A DNA stretch of 63,111 bases, counting the filler, from Anaerolineae bacterium (GTDB lineage: Bacteria; Chloroflexota; Anaerolineae; Epilineales; Epilineaceae): assembly GCA_029262755.1 (NCBI GenBank). It is 7 parts of 7 records of this genome, joined end to end, with 100 filler letters (N's around TTAATTAATTAA, not from the genome) between each part and the next. Parts side by side here need not be neighbours in the genome. Positions count along the whole stretch, not along the records: positions 27,358 to 36,978 come from JAJCYU010000057.1; positions 37,079 to 48,300 come from JAJCYU010000058.1; 5 more parts are not named here. One strand, written 5' to 3'. The first letter of the stretch is position 1; the number at the start of each line of letters is the position of its first letter. A program made the translations under genes and the position numbers. Positions 27,842 to 37,386 of the stretch are shown piece after piece. The notes beneath the pieces are model-generated. The model worked only from the letters and a program-made list of their open reading frames with translations, did no database searches and was not told where the DNA came from.

Positions 27842-30800
27842 ATGAACCCACACGCCCACCGCAGTACGTTCAGCCCCACTTCCGAAACCCGAACCGGCAC
27901 GGCGCGCCTTGTACGGCGCGTCGTGGTGGCCTTCGGGCTCACGATTATTGGCGCACTCGGCTTCGTTGCCGGCGTCTCCCAGGCGGCGCCCGCGATGGCG
28001 CCGAGTACGGCACCGAGTGCGGCCCCCAGCGCACAGCGTCAGGGCACATTGGCCGATCTGGCCACCCTGCGTGTCTACGGCGACGAAGCGATCTGTAGCT
28101 CGTGCCGGCCCGGCGAGGGCAACCTGCCTTCGACGGCCGGTGTCAACGCGCCAGGCGGCATCGATCCGTTTACCGGGTTGTTGGCCGAGGATCCGCCTTA
28201 CACGGATCCCGAAGGGCCTTTTAGTCCGCTTTCGGACGAGGCGCCTGAGCACGACTTCGTGACCTGGGATCCCGCATGGATCAGCGAGCGGTTGGCGGAT
28301 CCGCGGGTGCAGGCCGAGTGGCCCGGTCTCGGCGGTGCGGATGAGGTGAGCGCAGGACTGCCTTCGCCCGGCATTCGCTACGACGGCCAGAATGGTTCCG
28401 AGAAGGTTTGGCTGCGGCATTGGTACGAGCCGACGCGTTTGGACAAGGATCTGAACGCCGACGACTGCCTGACCGATGAAGAGAACGACGGGCGACCGGA
28501 CGCCGCGGTCAATCCGACGCCCAGCAACCGCGACGAGTGGTACCCGGCGATCATGACCGAGCTGACGTATATGTTGCTCGAGAATCAGGTGCCGGTGCGG
28601 TTCCCGGACGCAGACGACATGGACACGTCCGCGCCACGGCCTGCTTGCGGGCGGCCAGGGCGGACGCGGATGGTCTTCCCGGTCGGTATGGCCGGTGAAG
28701 AGCTCGAGAATCAGGAGTTGGTCGGCTACGGGCTCACCAGCCTGGATGCGGACTTCGACGGCGAGTTTGACCTGCTGAACGTATCGGATGAGACGACGAT
28801 CTCGGACGAGCTCGGGGTCGGAATCGACCTCGACGGCGACGGCATCATCGAGGCGCTGGATCCCGATGGCGTCTCGCTCTCCTGCGACGAGCTTGTTGTT
28901 CTGCATACCGAGGCCATCACGCTGGGCGCCGGTGATCGCTTGCAGTTGCTCGACCATGTGGTTGAGATCCAGCGCATCGCGGACAGTTCCGCCGTGCTCG
29001 CGGTCTCCTACACGGGCGACCTCGTGACGCGCGACCTTCAGCCGCGTTCGGTCGGCGTCGGCGCCGTGGCATTTGCCGGCGACACGGGCGTGCTCCAGGT
29101 CATTCAGAATGGTTCCGGCAACGTTGGCGTGCCGGCCGGTCCTTGGTTCGTGGCCGTGCAGGCCGTGGATGTGGACGAGGGCACCGCGACGTTGGTGGTC
29201 GGCCGTGGTCTCGGCGCGCCCTGCGCGTCGATGGAAGCGGCGCCCAACCAGGCGAACCTCTCGCCGGGCGGCCCCTGGTTCCTCAAGCGCTTCTACGTTG
29301 ATGGGCACGAGTACAACATCGTGGCCATCCACACATGCGATACGGGCGGCCTGCAGTACATCACGGTCCGCGCGCCGCTGCCGAAGGTGCCGGTCACGAT
29401 CGAACAGCATTCGGTGCGCTTGCAGCCCTATGCGGAAAACGAGGGCCTGACGCTACCGCCGCCCTTCAACCACGAGCACACGCGCATCGAAGACATCAAC
29501 TATCTGCGCGGATTCCTCGACATCGAGGACCTGCTCGACAACGGCTTCGCGGACGATCGTCCCACGGACCTCGTGCGCTACATGGGCGGGCCGATGGGTC
29601 CGATCCCGCCCGTCCTCAACGCCGGTGACGGCCTGACCTACGAGGGTCGCAACCCGGCCGCGACGGTGGGCCCCTACGACGACTACCTGGCGAGCCACTG
29701 GTTCTACGTCGAGGAAGCGACCTATCCACCCTTCGTCGGCCAGCTGCGCGAGAAGTTCGGTGCGGTAGCCACCGACACCGGTGGTGCGTCGGTGGATCCG
29801 ACGCTCCCCGGCAGCTTCTTCTTCAACGAGCAGATCTTCACGCGCCCGTGGAACTACACGGAGTTCGTGTTGCCCAACTACGACTTCGGCCTCGGAGAAG
29901 ACGGCGTGCAGTTCGGCGACGACGGCTACTTCGATCCCGATGCCTACTTGCTTACCAGCGGCTTCGAGAGCCCGACGACACGGTGGCGGCGCTGGGTGAT
30001 GCCGGACGGCAGCGTCCCGGACACCTTCCCGCCGAGCCCGCCGGATCTGATCGATGACGTGACCGGCTTCGACGGCGATGATTCGCCGCCCGGCCCCGGC
30101 CTGTACGGCGGTGTGCGGCGCGCGAGCATCCTCTTTGATCCGGACGTTGCCGAGAAGATTCAGGCGGACAACGACGGCGCGCGGCTGTACAGCGGCTTCC
30201 CCATCGACTTCGAGGACGACGACCGCGAGTGTATTGACGCGAGGTCGCGTCCGTCGATCGTGTTCGGTGCCGGCAACTGGAATGCCTCGGATCCCGCGGG
30301 CTATCCGGTCGAGGTGCCGCCCTATACCGATCCCTTCGCGCCCTTCAACCCGCAGCATCCGGACGCACCGCGCACGGATTCGCTGACCTTCAACCCGGCC
30401 TACCTCGACGAGTTCCGCAACTTCGGCGAAGCGCTTTCGGGGTTGTATCGGCAGATCGCGAACAACGGCCAGAACGCACGCATGAAGGTCTACCACCGTT
30501 TGTGGTACCAGCCCGACTACGTGACCAAGGTGCGCTTCGCGGATGACTGCGATCGCGACCTGACCTTCCCGGCCATGATGCAGGAATTCACCTATCTGTT
30601 CATGGACACCACCGATAATCCCATCGCCGTGCCGCCCGGGTCTAGCCGCATTGCCTTCCCGATGGCGACGACTGCGGAAGAGCTGCCCATGCCCGAGCGC
30701 GGCGGCGGCGTCCCGGACAGCGGTCACTTCGGCTACGGCCTGACCTCCTACGATGCGAACTTCGACGGATTCGACGACGCGGCGACGATCCACACCGAGT

Positions 30801-33800
30801 CCACGCTCAACGAGCACATGGACACCCAGTGGCAGGCCAATCGCCCCGAGGTGGTCGGCGTGCCGCAGATCGTGGTCTCCGGCCCCGCGCTGGACTTCGA
30901 CGGGGATGCGATCACCGATACCTTGGACGCAGATTGTACGGCGCTCAACGGCAACGAGATGGTCGTCTTCGCGGTCGAAAGCTTGACCCTCGACTTGGAT
31001 CCGGATTCGCCCGAAGGACACACGGCGATGTTCCTGGATCACCTCGTGAGCCTCGAGAACGTCACACCGGGCTCCGACATGCAGGTGCGCTTCTACTTCA
31101 CCGGCGGCAACGCCGCGGATGCGCGCCCGGAGCGGGTCAACGGTATCTACACGCTGGACATCGGCGACGCTGCCATCGTGGACCGCTTCCAGGATTCAGT
31201 GACCATCGTTTCGCCCGGTGAGGCCAACACCGGCGTGGACGGCGGATGGTTCGTCTTCCTCGAGGACGTGGCCACCGACGCCGAGCGCGTCACGGTCACG
31301 ATCGGTCGCGCCCTAGGCGCCAGCCACTCCGCGATCGACGACGGCTTCGGCAACCATGACCTCGCACCGGGCGACCCCTGGTACCTGAAGCGCTTCTACG
31401 TGGACGGGCACGAGTACAACGTGGTTGCCCTATTCACAGAAAACGGCTTCCAGGGCTGCAACCAGGACTTCAGCTTCATCACCATTCGCACGCCGGTGCC
31501 GAAGGGCAACTTCTTCAACCTTCAGGACACCTTGTTCCAGCAGGGCTACTACCTCAACAACCTGCCGGACGTGATGAGCGTGATGCCGCCCTTCAACGTC
31601 GAGCATACGATCGCGGTGGACGTCGAGCGCATCGAGGCGGAGGACTTCGCCTACATGGATCGCTACGACGCCTGCGTAGGCGAGCTCGCGCCGGCGGAGG
31701 GGCTCATCGAGCGCATCACGGCCGAGACGCGCGAGCCGCGCTTCGGCAACGAGTTGCGCGAGACCTTCAACGAGTCGGACACGCCGGTTGGTGGTGAAGA
31801 AGACCGGGACATGGACGGCTGGGAGACCCATCAGGTCATCGTCACGCCTTGGGATTACACCGAGGTGCAGTTGCCCGACGGGCAGCAGTACTTGCTTACG
31901 CTGGACTGGCGCAGCGACGTCAGCCGCATGGCGCTCTACGGCTGTACCCGCGACGAGCCGGGTCCCTTCGATCCCGGCCCCGAACGCGACCAGTTCGGTA
32001 ACCTCGTGCCCAACCCGCCGCCGTTGTCCCACGAGGACATCGCCAGCGCGGGCGCCACGTGGCCGATCCCGCCGCCGCACCATATCGGCGGTGTGTTCCT
32101 GCCGCTGCCCAACCAGCTTGATCCACCGCAGCCCTTCGAGCCGAACGACATCCTGCCCTACTTCGACGGCTTCTGCCCGGGTGGCGAGCGGCTGCGGGTC
32201 AAGATCTTCTACGACCCGACCGATACCGACGACGTGTACGTCAACGAGCGCGAGGTGCTGCTACCCACGCGCTTCAGCGACCTGCGTCTCCAGAAGCGCG
32301 CCTCGCAGGCTACGGCCAGCTCGGGCGACCAGCTGATCTACACCTTGACCGTAATCAACGACGGTCCCGACGACGCGCCCGACGCGGTCGTGATCGACGT
32401 GTTGCCCGATGGTGTGAGCTACGTGGGCGACACGGACGATTGCACAGAGGGTCCCGTGGGAACGCTCACGTGCCGCGTCGGCGAACTGCTTGCCGGCAAC
32501 AGCCGCTCCTTCGCATTGCTGGTCGAGCTGGACGACGACCTGGATAGCGGCACGGAGTTGGTGAACCGGGCCCGCGTGACGGCCATGGGCGCGATCGATC
32601 GTGATCCGTCCAACAACTCGGCCAGCGCCGCGGTCATCGTGCGCAACGCGGCCGACCTGACCATCCGCAAGACGGCGTCCGACCTCACCCCGCGACCGGG
32701 CCAGCAGTTGGTCTACCTGATCACGGTGGTCAACGGCGGCCCCGCGGTTGCCGAAGACGTCGTCGTGCGCGACACCATCCCGGCGGGCCTGACCTACGTG
32801 GCGGACACCGGCGGCTGTGACGCCTCCGGCTTGCCGCTGCTCGAGTGCATGATCGGCGACCTGGCCGCGGGCGCATCGCGCCAGATCGCGGTGACGGTTG
32901 AAGTCGACGACTCGATCCAGGCCGGCACCACGCTGTCCAACCGGGCACGCGTGGTCAGCAGCGGCAGCGATCCCAACCCACAAGACAACGAGAGCACCGC
33001 CACGGTCATCGTGACCTCCGAGGCGGATCTATCGATCTCCAAGACGGCTTCCACCTCGACGCCCACAGCCGGAGCGCTGCTGACGTGGACGGTTGTGGTC
33101 ACCAACGCAGGTCCGCAGGCAGCGGGCATGGTGCAGGTGATGGACACGTTGCCTGCCGGCGTCGACTACGTGAGCGACACGGATTCCTGCGTCGAGGCGC
33201 CTCCCGGCGTCCTCAACTGCAACGTCGGCCCCTTGGCCGCCGGTGCGACGACGTCCTTCGACATCGTGACCCGACTCGATTCGGATCTGCCCGCGGGCAC
33301 AGCGCTACGCAATAGCGTGCGCTTGATGACCATGGGCCTTCAAGATCCGGACCCGACCAACAACCGTGACACGGAGACCGTGGTCGTGCGCACGTCTGCC
33401 GACATCGCGCTCGACAAGAGCGCGCCACGCTTCGCGCAGGCCGGCACGTCCATGGTTTATGAGCTCGAGGTCCGCAACCTCGGACCCTCAGATGCTCGTG
33501 ATGTGTCGATCACGGACACCTTGCCGGTTAGCGTGACGTATTTGGCCAGCTCGGGCGACGCCTGCACCCCGACCGTAGGTCGCGAGATCGTCTGCTCGAT
33601 GGGCGACGTGGACGCAGGAGACGTCGCGACGGTATTCGTGCGGGTCGAGTTGGACGGCCGCTTGTTGCAGGGCCAACTCCTGACCAACCGCGCGGTAGCC
33701 GGTTCGCCCACGAGCGATCCGGACCCGAGCAACAACGACGACACCGCGAGCACGCGCGTCATCACGATGCCGGAGGGAGACCTCTCGCTCGAGAAGCGCG

Positions 33801-36718
33801 CCCCGGCCGAGGCGGCCGCGGGCAGCTCCTTCAACTACGGGCTCACGGTGCTCAACGACGGGCCTTCCGGCTCGGCGGGCATCGTGGTGACCGACACACT
33901 GCCGGCGGGCGTCACATTCCTCGGCTCGACGAACAACCGCTGCGTCGAAGGTCCCGTCGGCACCTTAGTGTGCGACTTCGGAAACCTGCGGCCGGGCGGT
34001 GCCCGCACGGTCTTCGTGACCGTGGCGGTGGACGCGCAAGCGACACCGGGCACCGTGCTGCGCAACGTAGCGGTGGTCGGCTCGGACACACGCGACCCGA
34101 ACCCGGGCAACGAGCAGGCCTCGGCGACGACCATCGTCACCGCCGGCGGCCGGCCCACGGCCGACCTGCGCATCGACAAGGGTGCTCCGGCAACCATCGA
34201 CGCTGGGTCCGCGATGAGCTACACGATCACGGTGGTCAACGGCAGCGCTACGACCGCAGCGACAAACGTCCGGGTTACGGACGCGCTGCCCGATGGCGCG
34301 ACCTACTTGGGCGATTCAAGCCCGAACGGTTGTGTGGAGAACGTCCCAGGCGTGCTCACCTGCGACCTCGGCACCATGGCGCCCGGCGCGGTGGTGGCCT
34401 TCGAGATCCGGGTCGGCGTCGACGCTTCGTTGGAGCAGGACACGGTCCTGGACAACGTCGCGGCGGTTTCGTCCGATACTCCGGACCCGGACGGCGGTAA
34501 CAACGTCGCCGAGGCATCGACTTCGGTCGACGCGGTGCCGGACGACACGGTGGCCGACCTGGCCGTCACGAAGCGCGTCACCAGCGCCGAGGTGATCGCG
34601 GGCCTGGATATCAGCTACACGATCCTGGTCGAGAACCTCGGACCGGCCTTCGCGCCGCAGGTGATCCTGACCGACACCCTGCCCGATGGGCTGAGCTACA
34701 TCATGGCCGATGCCATGTGCGATGCGCCGGCACCGGGCACGCAGGACGTGGTATGCGATCTCGGCGGAATGTTCGCCGGCGAGAGCACGACGGTCATCCT
34801 GACCGCGCATATCGCATCGAGCGTCGCGGCCGGCCAGCAACTGGTCAACCTCGCGGTCGTTGGACTCGGCCACTGGGACGAGCCGGTGGAGTCGGCTGAG
34901 CCGGGCTCGCTGTTCGCGAGCGCGGACGCGGGCTTCAGCGCGCGGCCGATGGGCGATCCGCGGTCGGAGAACGACCGTGCGAGCGCAGCCGCACAGGCCG
35001 CCCGACGCGCCAACCTGGCGCTCGGCAAGCAAGCACTCACGATCACACCGGCGCCGGGTGACCGCATCGACTGGGTCATGCAGGTACGCAACGCCGGACC
35101 CTCGGACGCATCCGGTGTCACGTTGGCTGACGATCTGGCCATCGGCTTGACCTACGTGGCGGACAGCGCCGGTTGCGGTGTCGTCGGGCTGGCGGGGGGC
35201 TGCAACATCGGCTCCGTGTCGGCGGGCGCCACGACGTTGATCACGTTGACCACCCAGGTCGGCGGGCAGGTGCCGGTCGGCACCGCGCTGCGCGCCCCCG
35301 CTCGGGTGCGCGCTACGGATCCGGATCCGGACGACGCGGACAACGAGGCCGACGCATCGGCCATCGTCGCGCCGCCCAACGTACCGATGCCGCGCGGCCT
35401 TACCTGCCGCGCCCAGGGCACGGCCATCGGCCTGGCCTGGAGCGACGGTACGGCTTTCGAGACCACGCACGTCGTGGAGGCCGCCCTCGCGGGCAGCCAG
35501 ACCTGGTTGCGCCTTGGCAGTCTGGCCAGCGCAGATCCGGCCGGAACTGGCGCACCGCTGACGTGGCAGGCCACCGGCCTCGCCGCCGATACGGCCTACG
35601 ACCTTCGGGTCGGCGCGCTGGCCGACGAGTCCGAGCCCCTCTGGTCGGATACGGTCCGCTGCAGCACCGCGGACACGCCGCCGGCCGAGCTGGCCTGCTA
35701 CACAGGCCGGTTGGACAGGCAGGGTCGCTCGGATCAGGCCGGTGTCACGATCCTGTCCGACGGCGCGCCGGTCGCGCTGAGCGACAGCGCGGGCGACTAC
35801 GCTTTCTGTGTAGCCCCGGCCGCGCAACGCACCCTTTCCACCCACGCTGGCTGCTACCTGGAGGCGCGCGGCGCCTTCGCGGCGGCCGCCGGCGCTACCC
35901 TGGAGCTGCCTGACACGAGCCTTCCAGGCGGCGACACCGACGACAACCAGATGGTCAACCTCTTCGATCTGGTGCGCGTCGGGGCCAACTACCGCCTCGA
36001 GCCGCCGGCCGACCTCCGTGCCGACTGCACGGGCGACGGCAAGGTCAATCTCTTCGACCTGGTCTTGGTCGGCGCGAACTACGGCGGCAGCGGCCCGGTG
36101 ACCTTCGGGCATCAGGGACCGGTGTCGGCGAGCGCGCAGGGCGCAGCAGCAGCCGGCCCCACCGGCGTGTCGCGCTCGACGCAGGACGCGGCAGGCACAG
36201 CGCTCGGCGGCCTGCTGGACGACGTGCTCGGCGGTGGCTGGGAGGGCAACACCCGCTCCCAGTCCTTGGCCGGCGAAACAGACGTTGCGGTGGCAGAGCT
36301 ACCGCTCACGCCGCGCCGTGCGCGCATCAGCGCGCCGGTGGTGACCTACGTCGAATACGCCTTGCCGGACGGCCGTCTCGCGGTGGACGTCCTGGCACGT
36401 AGCGTGGCCGACCTATGGGGCGCCGATGTGAGCCTCGCCTACGACGCTGCGCGCCTCACGCCGGTCCGCGACTCGCTCGCGGCCGGCGAGGCATGGCGCG
36501 GCGGCGGCGGCTTCGTGGCCACGGCCGACGTCGACGCGGAGGCGGGCCTGGTGCGCTTCGGCGCGACCCGCATCGCGCCGTCTGAGGCGGTCGGCGGCGA
36601 TGTGCCGCTGTTCACCGTGATCTTCCAACCAACCGGCGACGACCTCGAGAGCGCGCTGCGCCTCGAGTCGGCGCTCCTCGTCGACGCCCAAGCGCGTTCG
36701 ATCCCACTCTCCGACTAG
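27842..36718 (+). CDS. Giant secreted surface protein (~2958 aa): 2x ~700-aa unknown domain, 8x DUF11, FN3-like, Ig-like, dockerin, cohesin
   Basis: GAGGAG RBS and signal peptide (..VSQA). Internal duplication (LKRFYVDGHEYN twice). Eight DL..K....G....Y...V.N.GP....V.D.LP repeats. Duplicated D..D..VNLFDLV.VGANY. C-terminal GADVSLAYD...GLVRFGAT...LFTVIF. Confidence 0.85.
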   Translation: MNPHAHRSTFSPTSETRTGTARLVRRVVVAFGLTIIGALGFVAGVSQAAPAMAPSTAPSAAPSAQRQGTLADLATLRVYGDEAICSSCRPGEGNLPSTAGVNAPGGIDPFTGLLAEDPPYTDPEGPFSPLSDEAPEHDFVTWDPAWISERLADPRVQAEWPGLGGADEVSAGLPSPGIRYDGQNGSEKVWLRHWYEPTRLDKDLNADDCLTDEENDGRPDAAVNPTPSNRDEWYPAIMTELTYMLLENQVPVRFPDADDMDTSAPRPACGRPGRTRMVFPVGMAGEELENQELVGYGLTSLDADFDGEFDLLNVSDETTISDELGVGIDLDGDGIIEALDPDGVSLSCDELVVLHTEAITLGAGDRLQLLDHVVEIQRIADSSAVLAVSYTGDLVTRDLQPRSVGVGAVAFAGDTGVLQVIQNGSGNVGVPAGPWFVAVQAVDVDEGTATLVVGRGLGAPCASMEAAPNQANLSPGGPWFLKRFYVDGHEYNIVAIHTCDTGGLQYITVRAPLPKVPVTIEQHSVRLQPYAENEGLTLPPPFNHEHTRIEDINYLRGFLDIEDLLDNGFADDRPTDLVRYMGGPMGPIPPVLNAGDGLTYEGRNPAATVGPYDDYLASHWFYVEEATYPPFVGQLREKFGAVATDTGGASVDPTLPGSFFFNEQIFTRPWNYTEFVLPNYDFGLGEDGVQFGDDGYFDPDAYLLTSGFESPTTRWRRWVMPDGSVPDTFPPSPPDLIDDVTGFDGDDSPPGPGLYGGVRRASILFDPDVAEKIQADNDGARLYSGFPIDFEDDDRECIDARSRPSIVFGAGNWNASDPAGYPVEVPPYTDPFAPFNPQHPDAPRTDSLTFNPAYLDEFRNFGEALSGLYRQIANNGQNARMKVYHRLWYQPDYVTKVRFADDCDRDLTFPAMMQEFTYLFMDTTDNPIAVPPGSSRIAFPMATTAEELPMPERGGGVPDSGHFGYGLTSYDANFDGFDDAATIHTESTLNEHMDTQWQANRPEVVGVPQIVVSGPALDFDGDAITDTLDADCTALNGNEMVVFAVESLTLDLDPDSPEGHTAMFLDHLVSLENVTPGSDMQVRFYFTGGNAADARPERVNGIYTLDIGDAAIVDRFQDSVTIVSPGEANTGVDGGWFVFLEDVATDAERVTVTIGRALGASHSAIDDGFGNHDLAPGDPWYLKRFYVDGHEYNVVALFTENGFQGCNQDFSFITIRTPVPKGNFFNLQDTLFQQGYYLNNLPDVMSVMPPFNVEHTIAVDVERIEAEDFAYMDRYDACVGELAPAEGLIERITAETREPRFGNELRETFNESDTPVGGEEDRDMDGWETHQVIVTPWDYTEVQLPDGQQYLLTLDWRSDVSRMALYGCTRDEPGPFDPGPERDQFGNLVPNPPPLSHEDIASAGATWPIPPPHHIGGVFLPLPNQLDPPQPFEPNDILPYFDGFCPGGERLRVKIFYDPTDTDDVYVNEREVLLPTRFSDLRLQKRASQATASSGDQLIYTLTVINDGPDDAPDAVVIDVLPDGVSYVGDTDDCTEGPVGTLTCRVGELLAGNSRSFALLVELDDDLDSGTELVNRARVTAMGAIDRDPSNNSASAAVIVRNAADLTIRKTASDLTPRPGQQLVYLITVVNGGPAVAEDVVVRDTIPAGLTYVADTGGCDASGLPLLECMIGDLAAGASRQIAVTVEVDDSIQAGTTLSNRARVVSSGSDPNPQDNESTATVIVTSEADLSISKTASTSTPTAGALLTWTVVVTNAGPQAAGMVQVMDTLPAGVDYVSDTDSCVEAPPGVLNCNVGPLAAGATTSFDIVTRLDSDLPAGTALRNSVRLMTMGLQDPDPTNNRDTETVVVRTSADIALDKSAPRFAQAGTSMVYELEVRNLGPSDARDVSITDTLPVSVTYLASSGDACTPTVGREIVCSMGDVDAGDVATVFVRVELDGRLLQGQLLTNRAVAGSPTSDPDPSNNDDTASTRVITMPEGDLSLEKRAPAEAAAGSSFNYGLTVLNDGPSGSAGIVVTDTLPAGVTFLGSTNNRCVEGPVGTLVCDFGNLRPGGARTVFVTVAVDAQATPGTVLRNVAVVGSDTRDPNPGNEQASATTIVTAGGRPTADLRIDKGAPATIDAGSAMSYTITVVNGSATTAATNVRVTDALPDGATYLGDSSPNGCVENVPGVLTCDLGTMAPGAVVAFEIRVGVDASLEQDTVLDNVAAVSSDTPDPDGGNNVAEASTSVDAVPDDTVADLAVTKRVTSAEVIAGLDISYTILVENLGPAFAPQVILTDTLPDGLSYIMADAMCDAPAPGTQDVVCDLGGMFAGESTTVILTAHIASSVAAGQQLVNLAVVGLGHWDEPVESAEPGSLFASADAGFSARPMGDPRSENDRASAAAQAARRANLALGKQALTITPAPGDRIDWVMQVRNAGPSDASGVTLADDLAIGLTYVADSAGCGVVGLAGGCNIGSVSAGATTLITLTTQVGGQVPVGTALRAPARVRATDPDPDDADNEADASAIVAPPNVPMPRGLTCRAQGTAIGLAWSDGTAFETTHVVEAALAGSQTWLRLGSLASADPAGTGAPLTWQATGLAADTAYDLRVGALADESEPLWSDTVRCSTADTPPAELACYTGRLDRQGRSDQAGVTILSDGAPVALSDSAGDYAFCVAPAAQRTLSTHAGCYLEARGAFAAAAGATLELPDTSLPGGDTDDNQMVNLFDLVRVGANYRLEPPADLRADCTGDGKVNLFDLVLVGANYGGSGPVTFGHQGPVSASAQGAAAAGPTGVSRSTQDAAGTALGGLLDDVLGGGWEGNTRSQSLAGETDVAVAELPLTPRRARISAPVVTYVEYALPDGRLAVDVLARSVADLWGADVSLAYDAARLTPVRDSLAAGEAWRGGGGFVATADVDAEAGLVRFGATRIAPSEAVGGDVPLFTVIFQPTGDDLESALRLESALLVDAQARSIPLSD

Positions 36719-36764
36719 CTCCCCCGATTCCGGCCGTGGGGCGGCCGGTCTTGGGACGGTGGGC

Positions 36765-36808
36765 CGCGCCCTCGCCAATCTTCGGATTGGCGGGGGCGCG
36801 CGTTTTGT
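36765..36808 (+). terminator. Intrinsic terminator of the giant gene
   Basis: CGCGCCCTCGCCAATC-TTCG-GATTGGCGGGGGCGCG followed by CGTTTTGT. Confidence 0.8.
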
Positions 36809-36978
36809 AAACAGGCGGGAGGGTCCCTCAGCCCCCGTCGCCTACTGCGCCCTATTGTAAACAGGCGGGAGGGTCCCCCAGCCCCCGTCGCCTACTGCGC
36901 CCTATTGTAAACAGGCGGGAGGGTCCCCCAGCCCCCGTCGCCTACTGCGCCCTATTGTAAACAGGCGGGAGGGTCCCC
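36805..36978. repeat. 50-bp tandem repeat, at least 3.5 copies, REP-like
   Basis: Unit TTGTAAACAGGCGGGAGGGTCCCCCAGCCCCCGTCGCCTACTGCGCCCTA starts at 36805, 36855, 36905 and 36955. One substitution in copy 1. Truncated by the contig end. Confidence 0.92.
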
Positions 36979-37078
36979 NNNNNNNNNNNNNNNNNNNNNN
37001 NNNNNNNNNNNNNNNNNNNNNNTTAATTAATTAANNNNNNNNNNNNNNNNNNNNNNNNNNNNNNNNNNNNNNNNNNNN
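36979..37078. other. Artificial contig linker
   Basis: N44-TTAATTAATTAA-N44. Confidence 0.98.
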
Positions 37079-37236
37079 CGTGCGGAACGACCAGAGTCGC
37101 CGAGGACGTCGCTATGAACGTCAACGCGGACGTCGCCATGGACGTCGACGTGGACGTCGACGCGGACGTTGCAGTGGGCGTGGTCGAGAATGTGGTCGCG
37201 ACCCCCGCGACCCCCGCGACCCCCGCGCAGAACGAG

Positions 37237-37274
37237 CCGGGCCCCGGCGGATCTAGGATCCGACCGGGGCCCGG
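37237..37274 (-). terminator. GC-rich hairpin downstream of the S9 peptidase pair
   Basis: CCGGGCCCCGG-CGGATC-TAG-GATCCG-A-CCGGGGCCCGG; weak U-tract. Confidence 0.5.
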
Positions 37275-37386
37275 TCTTATGCGCGTGTTTCTATGCTTCT
37301 CGGACGGACGAAGGTTCCGGTGCTACCGGCCGTCCGCCGTCACACCGGAGGCCGCGGGAAGCGGCCCCCAATGGACGTGATGTCGA

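Noticed and set aside
27842..36718. Cellulosome scaffoldin
   Set aside because: It has only one cohesin, and no CBM or glycoside hydrolase modules were recognised.
36805..36978. Possible CRISPR array
   Set aside because: The units repeat in full with no unique spacers, and there are no cas genes in the window.
37100..37230. Short GACGTC-based 12-mers and ACCCCCGCG x3, with ORF 37114-37380
   Set aside because: This is low-complexity slippage near a contig end, with no RBS or domain support.
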